From Selaginella moellendorffii (lineage: Eukaryota; Plantae; Lycopodiophyta): a stretch of 64,000 nt of DNA. Under the pieces are notes generated by a model that was given only the letters and a program-made list of their open reading frames with translations, was not told the DNA's origin and did not search any database. Positions 19,780-35,839 of this stretch are shown here, piece by piece. The stretch's first letter is position 1; each line of letters opens with the position of its first letter. The DNA lies in contig NW_003314294.1 in the NCBI RefSeq assembly GCF_000143415.4, positions 305,402-369,401 on the forward strand, read 5' to 3'. The translations under genes and the position numbers were made by a program.

Positions 19780-22700
19780 ACAAGATAAAACATTTACCTC
19801 TTCATCACTCCCCCATGATAAAGTTTATCCTTAGGTAGTCAGATTCTCCAAATTTTGCTCCAAACTATTGAGCTTGGTCTTTATATTGACAAGCTTAACA
19901 CTTCGGCATAAATTGTTGAGTTTCTGATGTATGATTTGATTTTCCTGATTGAGCATTAGGATGTGCTAGTCTTGGTGGTTGATATGCTTTGCATCAGTGG
20001 ATGTGAACGTTAGGATTGCACTCTTGAGTTCTCGGATTATATGGCATTAATGATTTTGTTTGCCCATGACTCCATCCACTTTCTTAGTGATTAGCTCAAG
20101 ACTTGTGCTCGGTATTTTATAATTTCCTCATCTTCTACCGATTGCATTAGCTCATCAATTGGCTACTTGCCTCCTCCTTTAATATGTTGAGTGAGCTCCT
20201 CCATGAAGCTTTGGACTGCTGGCTCGCTTGGCTGATTTGCGATCTTGTGAGCGGAGGCGCAACTAGCCTTGATTTTGTAGTGTTACTACAGCATCTGCTG
20301 CTGCTGTGGCTGCCTCATCTCGCTATATAATATTTGTAAATGTGTTGCAAAAAGATGAAGACTCCCGTCTTCACTTGTCTTCCTTTGCCTACCTGTAAGA
20401 TAGCATTCTTCATTTCAGCCACAAATCTATTGTAGGCAAAATGAACTATATTTATTTGCCATTTAGTCTTGATAACTTCCAATAGGTGAGCTATCTTGAT
20501 GTTGGCATTTTGCATAACTGTCCTCCCATTGATGATGGCATACAACACCTTAAGCCTAATATGATAGTTGGGTTTTAAATAAGTGAAGTTGCCTCCCCAT
20601 CTGGATGTGTAGTTTGGGAGGACATATTGATTGGGTATATAATTCTTTTTGCTCATTGTGATTATTTTGCCCTTGTTGTTTAGGTGAAAAATCTAAGAAA
20701 ACTAGGTGAGTCCAAAAGGATGAACTTGCTTGTAGAAGAGAAATGCATACTTCATTAGGTACCATTTCTACATGAGCTCAATCTCTTACTTGATCAATAT
20801 TTCTCCTTTGAACAATTTTGCATAGGCAAGTAACCCAAAAGCATTAAGCCAAAACTTATCATAGAGAGAAAGCACAAGCTCTCTAGACAGCTTTACTTGG
20901 CTATAGTCAAGTTCTTCGTGGATGAGATTTCCTCCACATGCTTGTCTTGCCTAAGCATTTTTGCTGTTTATGGAACAATTTTTGCCACTTGTAGGCAAAA
21001 CACTTGGTGTTAGGCAATTGGGAGATGTAGTGTAGTGCCAATGAGGGTGCCCAAGAAAGATTTTGCATTAATAATACTTCAAGAGTGGAGTCAATGGCTT
21101 GTGGCAGTGGCATGAGGACAAGATAACTTTGCCTAATCGAGGGTGCACTTGATTCAGTAGGCGGTGGCGATAGCATTTGCTTTTGCGTAGCTCTAAGTGG
21201 CATTTGAGCTGCCATATATTGCTTCAGAGCTAAGTTTGGAGTGTTGGCACATTTTAGTGGAGGTGTAAGCATAGAGTGAGTGAAAGGGAAAGAATGAGAG
21301 AGAAAAAATAACTCTTTAGATACCTCTAAATTATCTAGGTTGCCTTGTTTAGTGCATTAACCTTAAGCTTTGTCCTCTTGCCTTTGTTTACTTTTGTATG
21401 CAAATGTATTGTGGAATTTTTTTTCCTTGTTGGCCTAATAATCTTTTCTCATTAATTCTTATAGTTTGCTGGCAAAGTTTATAGAATGAGGCAAAAAAAA
21501 TGTAAACATTACTCTTAGAGTATTCACCCCTTATTTTCTTTTCCTCTAAGTCTTGCATTGCCTAAAGAAAATTTCTATAGGCCATATTAACAAGATTTTG
21601 AGGGAAGGTTTGCTCAAGAAAAAGAAATATTTGTCTAATGTATCTTTTGATTTCTTTTCTTAAAACTTCCCTATCAAAGAAAGTACTTAGATATATAGAG
21701 GTTTCTCTAGCATAAAGATGAATCTTTCCTAGGAGATATGTATTATTTTTCTATTCTAGATGAACAGATTCCTGTCTGAACTTATCAGGAAAGACTACTC
21801 CTTTTATTCAATTCCACTAATTTAATTCTATAAGGAGATAGAAAAACTTATTCCCTCAAAATAAGATTTTGAGTGATCTTAATATCCCTTTCATCCAGTT
21901 TGAAAGCCAGTTTTACAAGATCCCATAATTGAAGAACCAATTTGCTTTTTTATGGTTCTACACAGTTTGATGTAACTTTGTTTTTCTAGACCAGTTGGCC
22001 ACTTTATCTATGCACTTAAGTAGTTCATCACAATGAATCCCTATAAGGGCTTCATCCACAAGTTTATTCATAGTTTTGTACTTTAAGATATAAACAATAT
22101 TTATGCTTATATCTTTATAGTACTTCTTTAAACGATTTAAATTTACTATTACAGTACCATCCCTATTTAAGGTATGCACTTCAGCCATTCCTAGAGCTAA
22201 TATCTTACACAAAATATATGGACTATTCCATTTTCTCTCAAATTTATTTCCAAGAGTATCTATTTTGCCTTGATACCAAAGGACCTTATCTTTTAGCTTA
22301 AGTTTACAAGAGATTTTCAATTGTGTATGATGCCTAATCTTTTTGGCTTTTTGAATTGCATGCAAAGTTTAGATTGCTCTAAGCTTAAGCTCATTTAAGT
22401 TTGCTATTTTATCAAGTTTTTGCTTAATAGCTTATTTTTCATCTAAGCCATTTTTAATTGTAATACGCAAAGAGAGAATTATAAGTTTTATAGGCGTTAA
22501 AGCTTTCTAGCTATAGGTAAGATGAAATGGTGTTATTCTTATAGATATTTTATATGTAGTCTTATAAAGCACAAAGCTTCTAAAATTTTCTCATCTTAGT
22601 CTTTTTTTATTATCTTTTACAATCTTTTTAAAGATATGTTTAAGTATTTTGTTAATAGATTCAACCTGACCATTTCCTTATAGGTAATATGGTATAGACT

Positions 22701-23460
22701 TTTTGTGCTTAAGGATAAATTCTTATATAAGAATTTCTATTGTTTCATTGATGAAATAGGTGTATTTATCTATGACGATCTCTTTAGACAAACCAAATTT
22801 TATAATGATATTTTCATAAAGGAATTTGGTAGTGTTTAGCAGCTGAAGCTTATTTCATAGACATAACTTTTGCCTATTTAATCACATAATTAGTAAAAAT
22901 TAAAATATATTTATTCCTCTTACTGTTTGTTATTAAAAGACCCACAAAATCCAATCCCCATTTATAAAATGCTTTATGTGGATAGGTAAGGTTTAGTTCA
23001 TGGATTTACTTTTTAGGTGATAGTTTATGCCTTTAGAAATATCACAATTTTTGTAGAAAATTATTATATCTTTTCAAAGCATAGGCCACTACAGCTCTAT
23101 TTGTAAGACTCCTAGCAATGATTTCATTTAAAAAATGGTTTTTTGATGGGCCTGAATAAGTTTCCTTTAGGATTTCATTTATTTCTTTTTGCCTATTAAC
23201 ACATCTCTTTAGTGTTCCATCGATACTTAATATATGTAGGTGCTTCCCCATGGTAGAGTAAGGTTATATCCTCAAGACAAGCAACTTATTTTTCCTTGGT
23301 GAATTATAGTGAGGTGTAACAATACCTGTAAAAAGATATATTTATATATTTCAACCAAATGGTACAGAGATTGTAAATAAGCATCTAAAAGTTTGTCTAC
23401 TTTAGTATTAAATGATTCTTCTGTAGTGATGTGGATTAGGCAATTGGCCAGTTTATATAA
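19780..23460 (-). mobile_element. Degenerate Athila/Tat-like gypsy 3' half: integrase plus downstream extra ORF remnants
   Basis: LKRCVN..EILKETYSGP..NHF, WGLDFVG and KFERKWNSPY..VNLNRLKKYY (GPY/F) at ~22050-23450. Broken ORFs at 19780-21270 lie downstream. Confidence 0.6.
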
Positions 23461-23466
23461 TTAGCC

Positions 23467-25384
<1,918 letters not shown>

Positions 25385-26135
25385 AGCCTGACTTTGCTAC
25401 AGAACTTTCAAGTGTATTTTATTATATTTTCAAATTAATTTATTCATTTAGATTAATATTGAATTTATATGTTTATAATTTATAAACATTCCTAATTACT
25501 TCCAAGTATGTTCCATTTATTTTAAAATCTAATGGTTGACAAATAATAAGATTAATCTTGTATTTAAAATTTACAGTAAAATTATTAAACAGTAAGCACT
25601 ATTGTTAAGCAAACCAAGCATTACTGCATCAGTAAACTATTTAATAAACAGAATATTTCAAAACAAGTTCTAAAATAACATACTGCAAATAAACTTTTGA
25701 ACTACTTATTGAAGACTCTTGTAATATATTTGTGATTTTCTTCTCAAATACATATCACACCCCCCTAAAATATTTTCTTCAAATTCCATTTAGAAAACTT
25801 TCTCATACTTTAAATTTTTTTAGGTTTTTATATGCGTAAGTAATATATAGTGATAAAAAGATACTTGTAATCAAATACTTTGTTTTGCCTGTAGGTTTGA
25901 AATACTTGTATCCACTCCATCACATAGTACCTCACTCTCAATCATGACTGTTTGCTGCTGCAAGCCTGCAGCTCTCCCTAGATCGTGATGCTGTGGCTAT
26001 ACCTAGCTCTGGATCTACTGCATCACAATTTACCAATCATAGTCAAAAGAGCAAATTTCGCTAGTTGCTAATGTATCGTGATGGCAGTGTATAATTGATA
26101 TATTAATATAAAGTTTGGATTATAAAGTGGTTATT

Positions 26136-27355
26136 TTACGAAGTAGTGGGGTATGATGACTGTCCGTTCATCCCACACATCCCTTCTCCATCCTTTTTCT
26201 TGATTTTCATGAATCCATCCTCCCCCCAGGAAGTTCCCCACGAGTTTTTGATGATCCAGTAGGGCATCCCACCTTCGGTTCCATATCCAATGACCAAGAC
26301 CGCATGATCCCGCGAATTGCCGCACTGACCAGAAAGAATTCCCTGGAAAACGATGCAATTAAGTTAGAAATAAATAGAAATAATATTTGAGATTTTCTTA
26401 CACTTCTGTAATTCTGGAAGTTTTGGTCGCTGCCGCAGATGCCAACGGTCACGGGAGTTTTGGAGACTGCTTTCATCAGGGCGTCAGCACTGTCCTTTGT
26501 GACGTCTTTATAACCAGTGATCTCCACCACCTTATTCTTTAAAGAACAAAAAACAGATATAATATGAAATAATTAGTGAAGTATACCAACCTTGTTCGCA
26601 TTGCAACTGCCTGCAAATCCTGTATATGGATAGGCCTCCTCCGTGGTGACACCACCGTTTTCCACCACGAACTTAAACGCATCCTCCGGAAACCCACCTG
26701 GCATCCTTGGTCTACCGTGTCACAGTCTATCAATTGCTGCTCGGACAGAGAAACGAGCTCCTTCGTCGCCAGAAAGTGTGCACTCTCGATCGATGCAATT
26801 GCCGAGAAAGCCCAGCAGCTCCCTGTGGATCACGCGAATCACCCACACCCACAAAGGCCAAATAGAAGAGAGATTAGAAAAAAAAAAAAAACGACGAGTT
26901 CTTATCATACCGCACTGGCCCTGATCTTTAATCGGTGTCACAGCTCCCTCCTGCCTCCAATCCAAGCTCGTCGGGAGGCTCGACACGTCCACGTCCACGT
27001 CCTTGGCCGGGCGGCGATCCTGGTAGCGCGGGGGCTTGAATTTGCCGACCTAATTGGCTCGGAACTCGGCATTTGTGAGATCCGAGAACTTGTTGAGGCC
27101 GAGCGTGAAGGTGGTGTTGGGCAGCGCGTTGTGCTTCTCAATGTACGCCAAAGTGTCGGAGAAGATCATCAGCCTGCGAGCCTTCTCCCAGTCGCTGCTG
27201 TAACTCTTGCCGTGCTTGGCAGCCCAATCCTCGAACATGTTCTTGATCTCTAGAGCGCGATCGCCTTCCAGAGCCGCTGGCCGCGCAATCGCAAACGGTG
27301 CTGCCCCTACCACCACCAGCAAGATCAAGATCAAAGCTATCATGTTGCTCGCCAT
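26136..27355 (-). pseudogene. Papain-like cysteine protease (C1A, SAG12/CEP-like) pseudogene, 4 exons
   Basis: Signal peptide MASNMIALILILLVVV; I29 prodomain (LGLNKFSDLTNAEF); [13 protein letters not shown]|[15 protein letters not shown] and YWIIKNSWG. Three short GT-AG introns. Premature TAG at 27050 and a 1-bp deletion at ~26697 (GCQ-GGFP). Confidence 0.9.
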
Positions 27356-27532
27356 GGATGATTGCTTCGCACTTGCACGAGTGAGCTTATATACTGAAAG
27401 TTTTAGCTTCGGGCCGACCCTGCAAAGATGACGGGCCCCATACGATATGCATGTAAGGTTTATGTCTGAGAGGTTCGGGATTGAACTATCCTTGCGATGG
27501 AAGCATGGAAAACACGTAAAAGCCCGTGAAAA

Positions 27533-27577
27533 CATTCAACATTTCAACATTCAATATTCAACATTCAACATTCAACA
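27533..27577 (+). repeat. (AACATTC)n short tandem repeat upstream of the protease gene
   Basis: About 6 imperfect copies. Confidence 0.7.
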
Positions 27578-27929
27578 TGCCCTTCCGTGTACGTTCCAAT
27601 AGTTTCAGCATTTGAAGTACATACTTAGAATATCCAAGTACGATATTCCTTAATGTAATGGTTGTGATTCCTCAATTGCATTAATATGACTAAACAAAAT
27701 TAGTCAAGGAATGCCCACAGAGAATGTAAATAAAAAAGATGAGCCATAGCCAAAAGCTTTGGTGATTTTCATTCTAGATGCATTGGAGAGTGGGAGAAGG
27801 ATGCGGCTGGCTGGTTCCTGTGTGATTGATCATCCCGATGAATTCTTACAGCGTACCAAAAGATACAAAAAATCAAATCAAAGACGTATAAAAGACTTTC
27901 ACTAGCATATTCCTAGCATATCCACTATA

Positions 27930-28675
27930 AACCTTTGCAGCGATTGGCACGCCGCGACGACGATCTCCACCACTTGCAATTCCAGTCGCCCTTCCATGTG
28001 CACCAGACCTACGCCGCACTCCTAATGCAGCAGACCTACCGCAGGGGTGGCGAATCCACGCCCACATTGTCGCCTCCTCGGCGATCACCTCCTCCAGATG
28101 TATGGCAAATGCGGCAGCGTCGACGACGCCATCCAGGTCTTCCACGCCCTCCCGCGAAGAAGCCTCTTCTCCTGGAACTTCATCATCGCGGCATTCGCCA
28201 AGAACAGGCATGGCTGCAAGGCGATCGAGATGTTTAGGAGCATGGACTCGGCGGGGATCAAGCCCGACAGCGCTACTCTCTCCAGCGTCCTTGGCGCTTG
28301 CTCCAGCTTGAGGGATCTGGAAGAAGGCCGGAGAACGCACTTGTGAGCATGTACGCGCAGGCTGGACGTTGCGAGGGCCGAGCGCTGGAGCTTTTCGAGA
28401 GGTGGGAAAGAGGCGCATTCGAGGCTCTCACCTGGAAGCCAATGTGACCATGTACGCCAAGTTTGGGAAAGTCGGCATGGCGAGAGATGGATCCAGCACA
28501 AGCTTGTTGATGAGTCAGAACGCTGCTAAGAGTCACCTTGCCCGGCTGCTCGAGAGCTTCTCGGTTCCTCCTGTGCTGAGTGTAGGCCACGATCAAGGCC
28601 GCCCAGGAGACCACGTCGTGAGCTCTCACTTTTGAGAGAATCCCGTCAAGTTCGTTGCACCTCCCATTTCTGGAT
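27930..28675 (+). pseudogene. PLS-class PPR gene fragments (5' part on +; 28535-28675 inverted)
   Basis: LLQMYGKCGSVDDAIQVFHALPRRSLFSWNFIIAAFAKN..IKPDSATLSSVLGACS. Internal deletions relative to 49422-52718. Confidence 0.85.
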
Positions 28676-28679
28676 TCTT

Positions 28680-29100
28680 ACTATTTAAATTTCGATTGTT
28701 CATATTCGGCAAGAGTGGGACGGGAAATACCTCCAACACTGGTTGTCCCGGAGCTGGTGTAAGAGCTAATGTTCGACGCAGTGCCACAACTAGTGCCAGG
28801 GCTGATGACAAATGCAGTGCTGGAGCAAGTGCCAGAGATGGTGCTGGACACTGTGTCGAAAGTGGAGCTGGCCATGGAGATAGTGTTTGCACTTGAGACC
28901 TTGGTGCGTTTTCTATGGGAGACTCCAACCATGGCTCTTCGCTACCCCAATCCCATGACTCCCAAACTAAATCCATGGATGGAGGCTCGACATCACTCCC
29001 ATCCTCACTTCCAAATATGGTACCACCTTGTTATTGCCCGCAGGTTGAAGATGGTGGAGATGGAGAAATTAGGGCAAGAACTGAAGATGGGCTTAGAAAG
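28680..29100 (-). pseudogene. Pro/Ala-rich gene 3' fragment (paralog of 48268-49410)
   Basis: WESWDWGSEEPWLESP..APALHL..GQPVLEVFPVPLL. Confidence 0.75.
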
Positions 29101-29194
29101 CTACCCGTATAGTTGGTGTGGCTCGTCTGAGGATCGTGTGAGAAGTTTGTTGGTGCGGACAACCCGCATGCTGCTGCCCTCACTTTTTACTTTG

Positions 29195-29497
29195 AGAGTA
29201 GCACGTGTGGAGCACTGCTCCATAGCCTCATCTTCAAATCCCCGTGATGCACAGGAACTTCGGCTCCACAGTATCTCGACGCCATAGCCATGGTGAGCGT
29301 AGGCTGCGATGACCCGGCATTCTTTGCCTCCATCCTCTCGCAAGCTTGCAGCAATCACACCACTGTAGCTTCTGGACAGAATCTGGACTATTCTGCGCCA
29401 CCTTGTGATAAGCTTCAAGAGTTTCTTTGTCCAGATTATTCTGTAGTATTGTTGATCCAGGATGCCACAGATTATGCTGGATCCCATTGAAAACTTG
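29195..29497 (-). pseudogene. PPR gene fragment
   Basis: QVFNGIQH, QNNLDKETLEAYH and IAAYAHHGYG, matching pieces of 49422-52718. Confidence 0.75.
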
Positions 29498-30039
29498 TAG
29501 CAAATGTAATAATTTTAATCATACTTATGTAAACTACTAGTATCTAATCTTGATCCTCTCAATCCAAGAAAACTTTATTTTTTTCTAAAAATGTACTTGT
29601 CGGTTTAGTCGTTATGAGGATACTGTTAGTTCCTTTATTAGCCCCTTTTGTCCAAATGGTAGTTAATTGGGTTTAGCATATGTACTTAGCTAAATAAATA
29701 TAAAGTAATAATTCATATGTGTTGTTTTCTATTGAGCATACTTGGTTTAACTTTTAATTCTCTTTTGCTATATATCTTTGACTTATATATGTTGTATATT
29801 GAGTCCAATCCCTTAATATTGCTATATGATAAATTATTGTATTTATAAAGACACCCTCACTATCATGCTTTATATGTTAGTATTGTTTTGGTCCTATATG
29901 CTATTCATGGTAAGTGTTTATATCTGCCGGAGAGGCATATTTATGAAATATAAAGAGCGTCTTAAATACCATGATCACAATTTTAGGACCATTTCATATT
30001 TAATAAATTTTCAAATTTGTTCCAAAGTCTAACTTATAT

Positions 30040-32502
30040 GAAGCACTTTAGCTATTGGACATGCACAATTTCTAGAGGATTAATCTATTAAATGTTATAC
30101 TAAACCTCATAAAATTGTGCTCCAATTTACCACAATATTTAATATGGTCTGTTCCACTAAATAAAAAGCCCTTTAGACAAAGCACATATTATAAAATTGG
30201 GAATATGAATTAACACTAGATTATCCACTTTATACTTTGTAAATGGATGATGATGGGAGTTGTAGTGTTGTTGTTATCCATGTATACATGGCTCAACTTT
30301 ACTCAAAGTAGTGGATGGATGCTCATCAAATACAAATCCCAAGATTAGCAGCTTGTAGGAATCGCAAAGATAAACCTAACTCCATTAATAGTATTGTATT
30401 ATGACCATATAAACTTTTTTATAGTGAGGTACTAATAAAACTCTATACCTTTGTGATATATATATATATCGAAGAGATGGTAAATAACCATTCTAATTTG
30501 AATGTTGAAAGTTTATGTCCTTCACAATCATCCCTTAAGATCAAAACACACTTGGGCTAACATAATTTTGAAACTAATATAAAAAATGTCCACACAATTA
30601 GGATACATCAAAATTGAAGGAGTCATTAATAACTCCTTTGTGATGCAGAAATGCCCATTTAAAGTCATTAGACTAAATAAAAGATGATTTTAGCAATAGT
30701 CACAATAGTGTAGTATGATTAAAAATATGATCAATAAATAACCAAATTATTGCATATTATTCATACATTTATAGTGAATAAACTCTATAGTCCTTGGTTC
30801 TCCTAGTGGCTGCACTGCAAATCTAGCTTGCCAAACTATATCTATAGCCACAAAATTATCCAAAGCACTCATAAATAAAGTATATTCCTACCCCTAAATT
30901 TGAAATTGTATATATTGAGCATCTATGTATGTCTTTCTTCTTGTGAAGCATCAATGGACGTAGATATCCATTTATGGGATGCAATACAAGTAGATGATTA
31001 ATTGCCTCACATGGAATAGCTAGTTTATACAATAGAAGAATTAGTAGATTGTGAAAATCCTTTTGGCTTAATAAGTGTTCTAAATATATAATAAGGATAA
31101 TAAGTAGGTTAGGCATGGTTGATCAACCTAAGGTATAGTTTAGCTTTTGCTTGCATACTTGTCTTTATTTTGCATGTAACCTGGGTCTAAGCCTAATCTA
31201 AATACCAATTAGCATACTCATATCCTTGCAGTAGCCTATTGATATACTAAAATAGTGCCAAACTTCGTGTAAAAGTCATCAAAAACTTTATGAGATATGC
31301 AAATGCCCATTCATAATTCAAAGCTAGATGAAAGATAATGTTAATGACTTTAAAAATGCTTATAAATAATGCAATATAATTAGAAAATTGATTAACAAAA
31401 TGACTAAAATATTGTACATTGCCCAAGAAGTACTATATATCATTCACATATTTTTGAGTAAAGAATTTTAGATAACATATCATAATAAGGAACTTTAAAA
31501 CAAAATACTCCCATTATGCTTCATTATAAAATAAGATTCATATACCCAAGGACTTCGAGACTTCTAAATAACACCTTTCTTCAACATTTTCTTGACATTT
31601 GTGTATAAAATATTTTATCTTCTTTAGTGATAGACACCGAATAAAAACTTTGATTGGATAAGCATCCCTAGTTAGAGTAGGATTATGTACTGCAATCTTG
31701 GCTATAAATGATAAGTCAAAATCAAAAAAATCAATATACTCTTTCTTGAGTCAGTCAATTGCTATAACACAAAGATTGTCACTATCTGAGGAATTTGAAG
31801 AAGGAATAAAATAGCAAGAACAAAACATAATAGAAATAAATAAAAAGACAAAAGTCATAAAAGTAAATGTAAAAGCAAAGGGATGAAATAGAATAAAAGT
31901 GAGAGGAATGGTATGATTGTGTTACAATTAATCTATACCAAGATGATGTCAAAAGATTGACTGAAAACCACTTGCGATGATCGAAATTCAAACATATGCA
32001 CAACTAGGTTTGCCTCATCTTGTGCATATGCATGTGTATAGCTGTTGTCATAGAAAAAAAAGACTAACTCAAGTGCATAATATAATTATGGATGACAACG
32101 TGCCTAATGATAGAAGATAAATTGAAATTTATATCAACTAATATAGAGAGGATAATAAAGGACCTTTTATTATAAAAAGATAGAGTGGTCATTTACTTAT
32201 TCGCACAAGGACCCTCCACTACACATGCATTCTAGAAGAGTCTATGTGTTATTATAGTAGTGCTAATAGGATGTTGTTTATGCTAAACTTCCACCTAGAA
32301 AATAGAGGATGCCAATCTAGAAAATACTAATAACATTAATACTTATGGCTAATTTCATCATATATTTAGTAGTGAACAGCATGGCCTTGGCCACAACCAC
32401 GTCTTTACACTTGTCCTTGAACACGGGCAAAAGTAATATCAACTTCAATTGGAATAAGATCATCTCCTATATGAAGTGGAGATGACATTTGTGTAATGAT
32501 AA
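30040..32502 (-). mobile_element. Heavily AT-mutated, deleted Selgy-like internal region (int, RT, PR, gag pieces)
   Basis: 30050-30190 matches 14850-14990; 31400-31470 reads KYVNDI*YFLGNVQYF (compare KCVNDVQRFLGKVQYL); 31710-31790 matches 17560-17630; 32160-32500 matches 18077-18500. Confidence 0.7.
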
Positions 32503-33490
32503 TGTAAGCGACTAATTTTTCCATTCTACTTTAGTCACTTAAACACACCTTTGACCACTTGGAGGAGTCTCATTCACCACGTCCATAAAACCAATTCAGG
32601 ATTTGGGACTTGCTAGCCCCGAGAATAACATCCAGGCCACTTAACTTTTGCATTTGGTCCAAGTGCTCCATGTGTCTAGTCCCATGACTGACACTCCAAA
32701 GTACCACTAACATACCAGCCCATTATGCTAAGGCCATGCCCATTCATCTTGGTCACACCAGTGGTTCAACACCACCTACATCGCAATCCTATTTCTCAAA
32801 GACTTAGCCTTCTATCCATGAGTGACTATCCAAGATCTACTCCTTAGCATCCTTAAGATGCTTATTGACATAGGGAATAACATTCCCCATTAGTCCCCAC
32901 CAAGTCCCTTTTCCATCCATGGCCGTGTTTGGCAACACTGCCACTGGGACAAGGCTCACAAGCCCGACCACTAAGTCCCACTGTCCTTTGGGACTTCCTC
33001 ACCACATGACCGTATCCTTGGTCACTACACTAGAGGACCACTTTTCTTCTTTCCATAATCTAGGACTTTGGGACAACATTTCAGAACACTGTAGCCCTAT
33101 GCGAGCCTCATGGGTACTCTCCCCACCTTCTGCCTTTGGGTGCTCTAGCCATGGGCTTAGAGCAAGGTTTCATTGAGCCACGCTAGGTATCCAAGTAGGT
33201 AGTGCCACCTACGCTTGGATTGGGAGTATCGACCATTTGATCTCCCAGGGGAACTAGAGCTGGCTCTTGAACATTTCACCAAGCTACTCTACTTGTTAGT
33301 TGGTATTCACTGACTTCCTAGTGATTATCCATCACCCTACACTTAAGCATAACCTTCCTGAGCCAAACTGGCCTTTCCTGGCCAAACTAGCTCCACTGGG
33401 GTCCAATTGTGAGACACAAATCCCTAAGCCCCAAAGTGGAGCTGAAAGGGTGCCACGTGGTAGTGGCCGAAGCAAAAGCCAAATGAGTGT
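32503..33490 (-). mobile_element. LTR-like insertion related to solo LTR 40667-41802
   Basis: Starts TGTAAGCGACTAATTTTTCC, similar to the reverse complement of the 41802 end, and interrupts a Selgy gag remnant. Right end uncertain. Confidence 0.45.
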
Positions 33491-34394
33491 AACACGTTTG
33501 GACTAAAAGGCTCTGACTCGAAAGGTCGAGAGAGAAAGAGCGAGCTTTGTGGCATGGGACCCCTCTCCTCAGTAAGAAGGCAAATCCGGATGACTGGGTA
33601 AGCTGGAAAATTTGGTTTTCTTGTTGGCTAGAGTTTTTCCATTTCTATTGGAAGTTTTCTTTTTTCTTCTGATGAGTTGCCTTTGTTCTTTGTTGTTTTC
33701 TTTGCATGAATTTGATCCTTTATCTATGGTGACAAGCTGAGCGGACAAGGAACAACTGATTGCCTGGGACATGTAGCTCTTGTCACTGATCTCATGAGGC
33801 ATTGAGGGACATAGGGCATAGCAACCGGCATGATCTCTTGGAAGCTCACGGCTTATGGAAAGTTTTTCCATAGCAGTCTTCCACACAAGGTTCGTTATTT
33901 TCTCTTCTTCCAACTGAATTCTAGAGTAGGTTTATGTAGACCATTAATCCGATGGAAGCTATGAAGGAGATCCAGACTCATTTTCCCACACGTCCAAGTT
34001 ATGGTTTTGCAACACTATCCACAATGAAGCCCACGTGGAGCTGTAAGAATACATGACGGTTTTAACCTTGAAACTCGTTCTTGAAGATCCCGGAGGTGGG
34101 CTGAAGCATATCCCTGGTGCACGATTTGTAGGAATTGCAGCTCCGTTTTTTATGTTTTTCTCTAGTAAATGCTAACATAATGCTGACTTTTCAACTTCTG
34201 AAGACGTCTACGTGGATGTAAGCAGCTTGACCGTTTTGTGTGTTCCCGTTTCTCAGGATTGATGTCCACGTACCATGCACAGAGCGACTTCTTGCTATCT
34301 GATATGCGCCAGGTTCCAAGTTATGGCCAACATAATTTCTCGCTTATGTCTATAACACCTTAAAGTGATTAGAATATGTGGTTTAGGTCAGGCT

Positions 34395-35299
34395 CATACC
34401 ATGGTGGGAGATCTTTTCGCGTCTGGGCATAGTCCGTGCAAGCAGTGTGTGTAAGTCATGGAGGGACATAATCCAATCCCCAGACTTCAAAGCCAGGAGT
34501 GTGATGGATCAAGGGGTTTGGATTCTCACTTATGTCAATGATGTGTTGAGGGCGTGGTGTCCACTCTCAGGCTTTTTCTTGGATGAGCCTTTCCCAAGCT
34601 TTGAGCGTTCTTATAGAGTTTTGGCTATTGAGCATGGGCTGGTGCTTTTGCGCTGTGGATCGAAGAGCTATGTTGGCAATCCCGTGGTCTTGGAATGGAA
34701 AGAAGTTGGATGAAGAGATCCTATGGTCTCACAAAGTACGATTTAGTGTTGATCGCCAGAGGTACTCCATATATGTTATCAATAGTGACCGGTTGAACGA
34801 AATTTCTGTTATATATGACTCATCCGTGAGTGCTTGGAGCATTGATCAATTTCTTGGTCCAGCTCTAGAAGCTAGAGCTAAACCACAGTATTCTTTAGAG
34901 ACAAAGGAGCCGAGGAGTTACATCAGTCATTTCGAGTATAAGGGGCGAAAAACGCTTGAGGTGATTACTAACAACGAGTTTAGTGTTTGGGAAGAGAGGG
35001 ATCCATCAATTAAAAAATGCATGAGCGACATTGATAAGACTTTTAAGGTGGATAAGAGTTGGTGGAACTTGGTGGCAAAAATTGGCATACCTAAGCGCAA
35101 AAAATATAATTGTCACTACCTAGAAACCCTGTATTGCTTCTGGTCCAAAGAAGCCCGCCCAAAACTTCGTCCTTTTGTCGTGGACCTGGAAACTAAAACC
35201 TCATATGTTTTCCCACGCAAGTACAGGCATGACCGATTTTCGAGCACTGTTTATATTCTGATTGGAAAAACCACCCCGGTTCCAGACCAGCTGAAATAA
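34395..35299 (+). pseudogene. F-box family pseudogene (deletion/frameshift at ~34705)
   Basis: EIFSRL..VRASSVCKSWRDIIQSPDF..., continuing in another frame as DEEILWSHK...GKTTPVPDQLK*. Confidence 0.85.
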
Positions 35300-35839
35300 A
35301 GCTTTCGGGATTTGTTAAAGGCCATTGTTATTTGGAATGCCTCGTCCACTTTCTAAATTTGTTCTAGGAAGCAAAAATTACAAATATCCAATGCTAATTT
35401 TTATTTAATTCTTGTAATATTATATATTAGATATATTTACATAATTGATAAACACAAGATTAATCTTATTCCATATCAACCATTAGATGGTAGAATAAAA
35501 AATAATATACTAGAAAGTGTTTAGGAAAGTTTATAAATTATAAACATGTTTATAAATTATAAATACAAGATTAATCTAAATGAATAACAACCATTAGATG
35601 GTAGAATATCCTAGTATATCCAAGCATATTTTAGGTATATTCACTACCATCCTACAGGTTTGCTTAAGCAAACCAAAAATCTTAAAATTATTTTTAAAAT
35701 CCAGAAATTTTACAGTTTTACATCTGGAGGTATTCTTTTTTAAGCTTTTATTTCAAAGATGCCATAAACAATGTAAATCACATCACACAACACACTTAGA
35801 ATGATAAAAAGATGATAGACATTATAAAACCGAATAGTA

